A stretch of 64,000 nt of DNA from positions 32,001 through 96,000 of IMG/VR virus record IMGVR_UViG_3300035698_017437. One strand, written 5' to 3'. This document shows, in pieces, positions 61,423-64,000 of the stretch (position 1 is its first letter; each line of letters begins with the position of its first letter). The translations under genes and the position numbers were made by a program. The notes under the pieces are model-generated. The model did not search any database. It was given only the letters and a program-made list of their open reading frames with translations, and was not told the DNA's origin. This stretch comes from a virus.

Positions 61423-61721
61423 ACATATATTCAACCAATAGGCATGAAACATAATCATGAAGAATATGAAACGAGCAGAAAGACGAGGACATTATAATAG
61501 ATTGAAAAGAAATCGTAAGAATTATTATGGAAGGGGTTTGGAAGGAAGTACTCCTATGTCAGAAGGTCAATTAGGTTGTACTGTCAATACTCCAACTCCT
61601 TGCTCTTGTTCTATGTGTACTAATGGAAGGAGAAATTCTTGGAATAACTCAAAAGAGAAATTAACCTTACAAGAACAGAAACAGCTTTTTGAATCTAAGG
61701 AAGAATTAGAGACAGAACATT

Positions 61722-62435
61722 ATGAGTAATGGCATATACATTGTTGGAGATCTCCATTGTGATTGGGGATCACTCAACACATTCATAAACAAAAAGAATC
61801 CTGCTATGATTTTACAGGTTGGTGATTTTGGTTTTTGGCCCAATGAAACGTATACAAAAAGAGAATTGTATACAGGATATACAGATATTCCAAAGAAGAA
61901 ATATAAATATTGGGATGAAGGACTAATCAAGAATAAAGGAACAAAAATCCATTGGTGTGATGGGAATCATGAAAACCATACTGAATTAGAAAAGTTGGAG
62001 GATAATGAAATATTTCCGGGTATCATTTATCAACCTAGAGGATCTGTTCTAACCTTACCTGATGGAAGAAATGTGTTGTTTATCGGAGGAGCTTTATCAA
62101 TAGATAAACAGTATAGAACTATCGGTAAGGATTGGTTCCCTCAAGAATTGATAACTCAAAGACAAATATATGATTTACCAGATATTCATATTGATATTGT
62201 GATATCTCACACCTGTCCAATAGAATTTCTTTATGGACTTGATTTGGGTATAAAATTACAAGATCCATGTAATAGAGCGTTATCTATGGTATTAGAAAAA
62301 TATAAACCCAAAGAATGGTTCTTTGGACACTTCCATCAAACAAAATCTGGATATAAAAATGAATGTAAATGGACTTGTCTAGATATGCCCAGAAACTCTG
62401 GTAAATGGTGGACTAAATTAGGAGAGAGATTATAA
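61722..62435 (+). CDS. Calcineurin-like metallophosphoesterase
   Basis: GDLH, VGDFG, DGNHE, SHTCP, FGHFH. Confidence 0.9.
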   Translation: MSNGIYIVGDLHCDWGSLNTFINKKNPAMILQVGDFGFWPNETYTKRELYTGYTDIPKKKYKYWDEGLIKNKGTKIHWCDGNHENHTELEKLEDNEIFPGIIYQPRGSVLTLPDGRNVLFIGGALSIDKQYRTIGKDWFPQELITQRQIYDLPDIHIDIVISHTCPIEFLYGLDLGIKLQDPCNRALSMVLEKYKPKEWFFGHFHQTKSGYKNECKWTCLDMPRNSGKWWTKLGERL

Positions 62436-62893
62436 TGAATTATTGTGGAGAAGTGATAGGATGGTTGTTGGTAGCTGTTCTGATTTTGGTTATAGGAGGA
62501 ATTATAGTACACTCAGCTGGATATAAATCAGGACAATTAGAAGCAATGAAAGATAAGTATCATTACCAATTAGTCCAAGAGAAGGATCAAGAAACAAAAT
62601 GGAAGAGAAAAACCGAATCAATAACCCTAAAAGAAACAGGATACAATAATGAAAACCTATAGTGAAGTAAACGAAGCCAAGAAAGATAGAACAATCCTCC
62701 TTTCAGAACTGCCAGATAAACATAAGAAATTTGCCGAAAAGAATATAATGAAAGATAAAGTATATTATTCCTCTTCGGATGATTTTGTTGATGTTTGGTC
62801 CAATATGAAAAAGGAAGTAGAGGGATTCAAAGAGCTTTTCCAATATACTGATTTCCGCCAAGTTATTAGAGACAAATAAGGTGAAGAAATGTG

Positions 62894-62964
62894 TTGACTT
62901 CTCATTCTATACATGTTATAATAGTGTATACAGAATGAGAAAACCACATAATTCAAAATGAGGA
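62894..62964 (+). promoter_or_regulatory. Early promoter cassette
   Basis: TTGACTTCTCATTCTATACATGTTATAATAGTGTATACAGAATGAGAA. Confidence 0.88.
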
Positions 62965-63136
62965 TTCAAAATGGATATGACTGATTATGGCATTACTATT
63001 CTACCAGATGAAGATGCGGTATATTTGGATATTGATAATGAAGGAGTATACCTATCGTCTTCAATGTTAGAAATATATATTGAGGAACTTGTGAAGGCTA
63101 AAGTAGAGATTGATCATATAATTTTGGAGAGTTCAA

Positions 63137-63655
63137 ATGAATAGTAATAAAAGGGTATATATTGTGAATGGTCGTCCTAGAGCAGGAAAAGGAACTCTAA
63201 TCCAAATCATGAAGGATAATTATCCTGTTCATCATCTTTCAACCGTGGATACAGTGAAAGTTCTAGCTAGACAAATGGGTTGGAATGGGACTAAAACTCC
63301 TGAAAATCGCCAAATGCTTTCTGACCTAAAAGATTTCTATTCAAAGAATTTTGATGGACCTTTTAGAGAGATGACTGAAGCTACCAACTCCCATGATTAT
63401 TGTGTCTTTGAGATTAGGGAACCAAAAGAAATTGAAAGACTCCAAAAATGGTGTGAACTTAATTGGATTATTTGTGATACTATTTTGGTACAATCCGACA
63501 AACATGATGCCACCTCTACTTGCCATTCAGATGTAAATGTTGATGGTTTTGATTATCGTTATATAGTAAACAATTACAATTCATTAGATGATTATGAACA
63601 TAACTGTAAAGAATTCTTAAAATCTATTATGGATGAAGATGAAGAAGATGAATAA
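63137..63655 (+). CDS. dNMP-kinase-like P-loop protein
   Basis: NGRPRAGKGT, GWNG.K...RQMLSDLK, IREPKEI. Confidence 0.75.
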   Translation: MNSNKRVYIVNGRPRAGKGTLIQIMKDNYPVHHLSTVDTVKVLARQMGWNGTKTPENRQMLSDLKDFYSKNFDGPFREMTEATNSHDYCVFEIREPKEIERLQKWCELNWIICDTILVQSDKHDATSTCHSDVNVDGFDYRYIVNNYNSLDDYEHNCKEFLKSIMDEDEEDE

Positions 63656-64000
63656 AACAATTTTGATTCTTAGTGGAGTTTTGATCGGGTTTAGTTCGCC
63701 TGTATTAGCTGAAAATCCTTTTTCGGGATTGAGCGACGTTGGAAAGATATTACAAGGAGTTTCTATAGTTAGAGGATTAACAGATGGAACTCCTATAGAA
63801 AAAAGACTCCAAACTAGTGCTTTTGATTATAACTCTCAAATTTCCCATTATGTTCGTCCTGTACATGTAGAAACCTATTATAAACAAAAATTAGAAATAG
63901 CAACTTCCAATATCGCATGGGAAGCAAGGAAATCATTATATAAAGGGAGAGAATAATGAATAATGAATACCGAATCAAACATTACCGATTTTATGAGAGG

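Noticed and set aside
11558-62964. Dispersed repeats as CRISPR repeats or IS ends
   Set aside because: They are consensus sigma70 promoters with RBS, kilobases apart, with no transposase or cas gene seen.
1247-63526. Most minus-strand ORFs in the track
   Set aside because: Antisense shadows of well-supported + strand genes; only the HNH at 11279-11539 and the remnant at 9861-10007 are retained.
1-64000. Stop-codon reassignment
   Set aside because: Long core genes translate intact in the standard code and no suppressor tRNA was seen.

Overview
AT-rich 64 kb segment of a large T4-like (Tevenvirinae-style) phage genome, almost entirely + strand. The replication core comprises a CobS/MoxR-type AAA ATPase, gp45, gp44, gp62, RegA, dUTPase, gp43, UvsX, gp41, gp61 and DNA ligase. 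It is interleaved with many small early modules, each headed by a repeated ~70-nt sigma70 promoter/stem-loop/RBS cassette (18 copies seen). Two essential genes are fractured by split inteins: gp41 (atypical 15-aa N-intein) and class II RNR nrdJ. Both gaps hold decayed homing-endonuclease remnants. The window also encodes a PurZ-signature enzyme (2-aminoadenine pathway) without visible DatZ/MazZ, a TAGT/GREB1-like DNA glycosyltransferase pair, two methyltransferase/nuclease pairs, putative anti-defence genes (DUF2829/Tad2-like, RyR-domain) and RNA/tRNA repair enzymes. There are about 13 tRNAs and several unexplained structured RNAs: a 230-nt expanded tRNA-like RNA, a 6S-like rod, and a ~300-nt nested RNA behind a coiled-coil gene. 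A RiPP/lasso-type leader peptide is also present. All calls come from motif recognition by eye; no searches or folding programs were run. Many small hypothetical ORFs are not listed.
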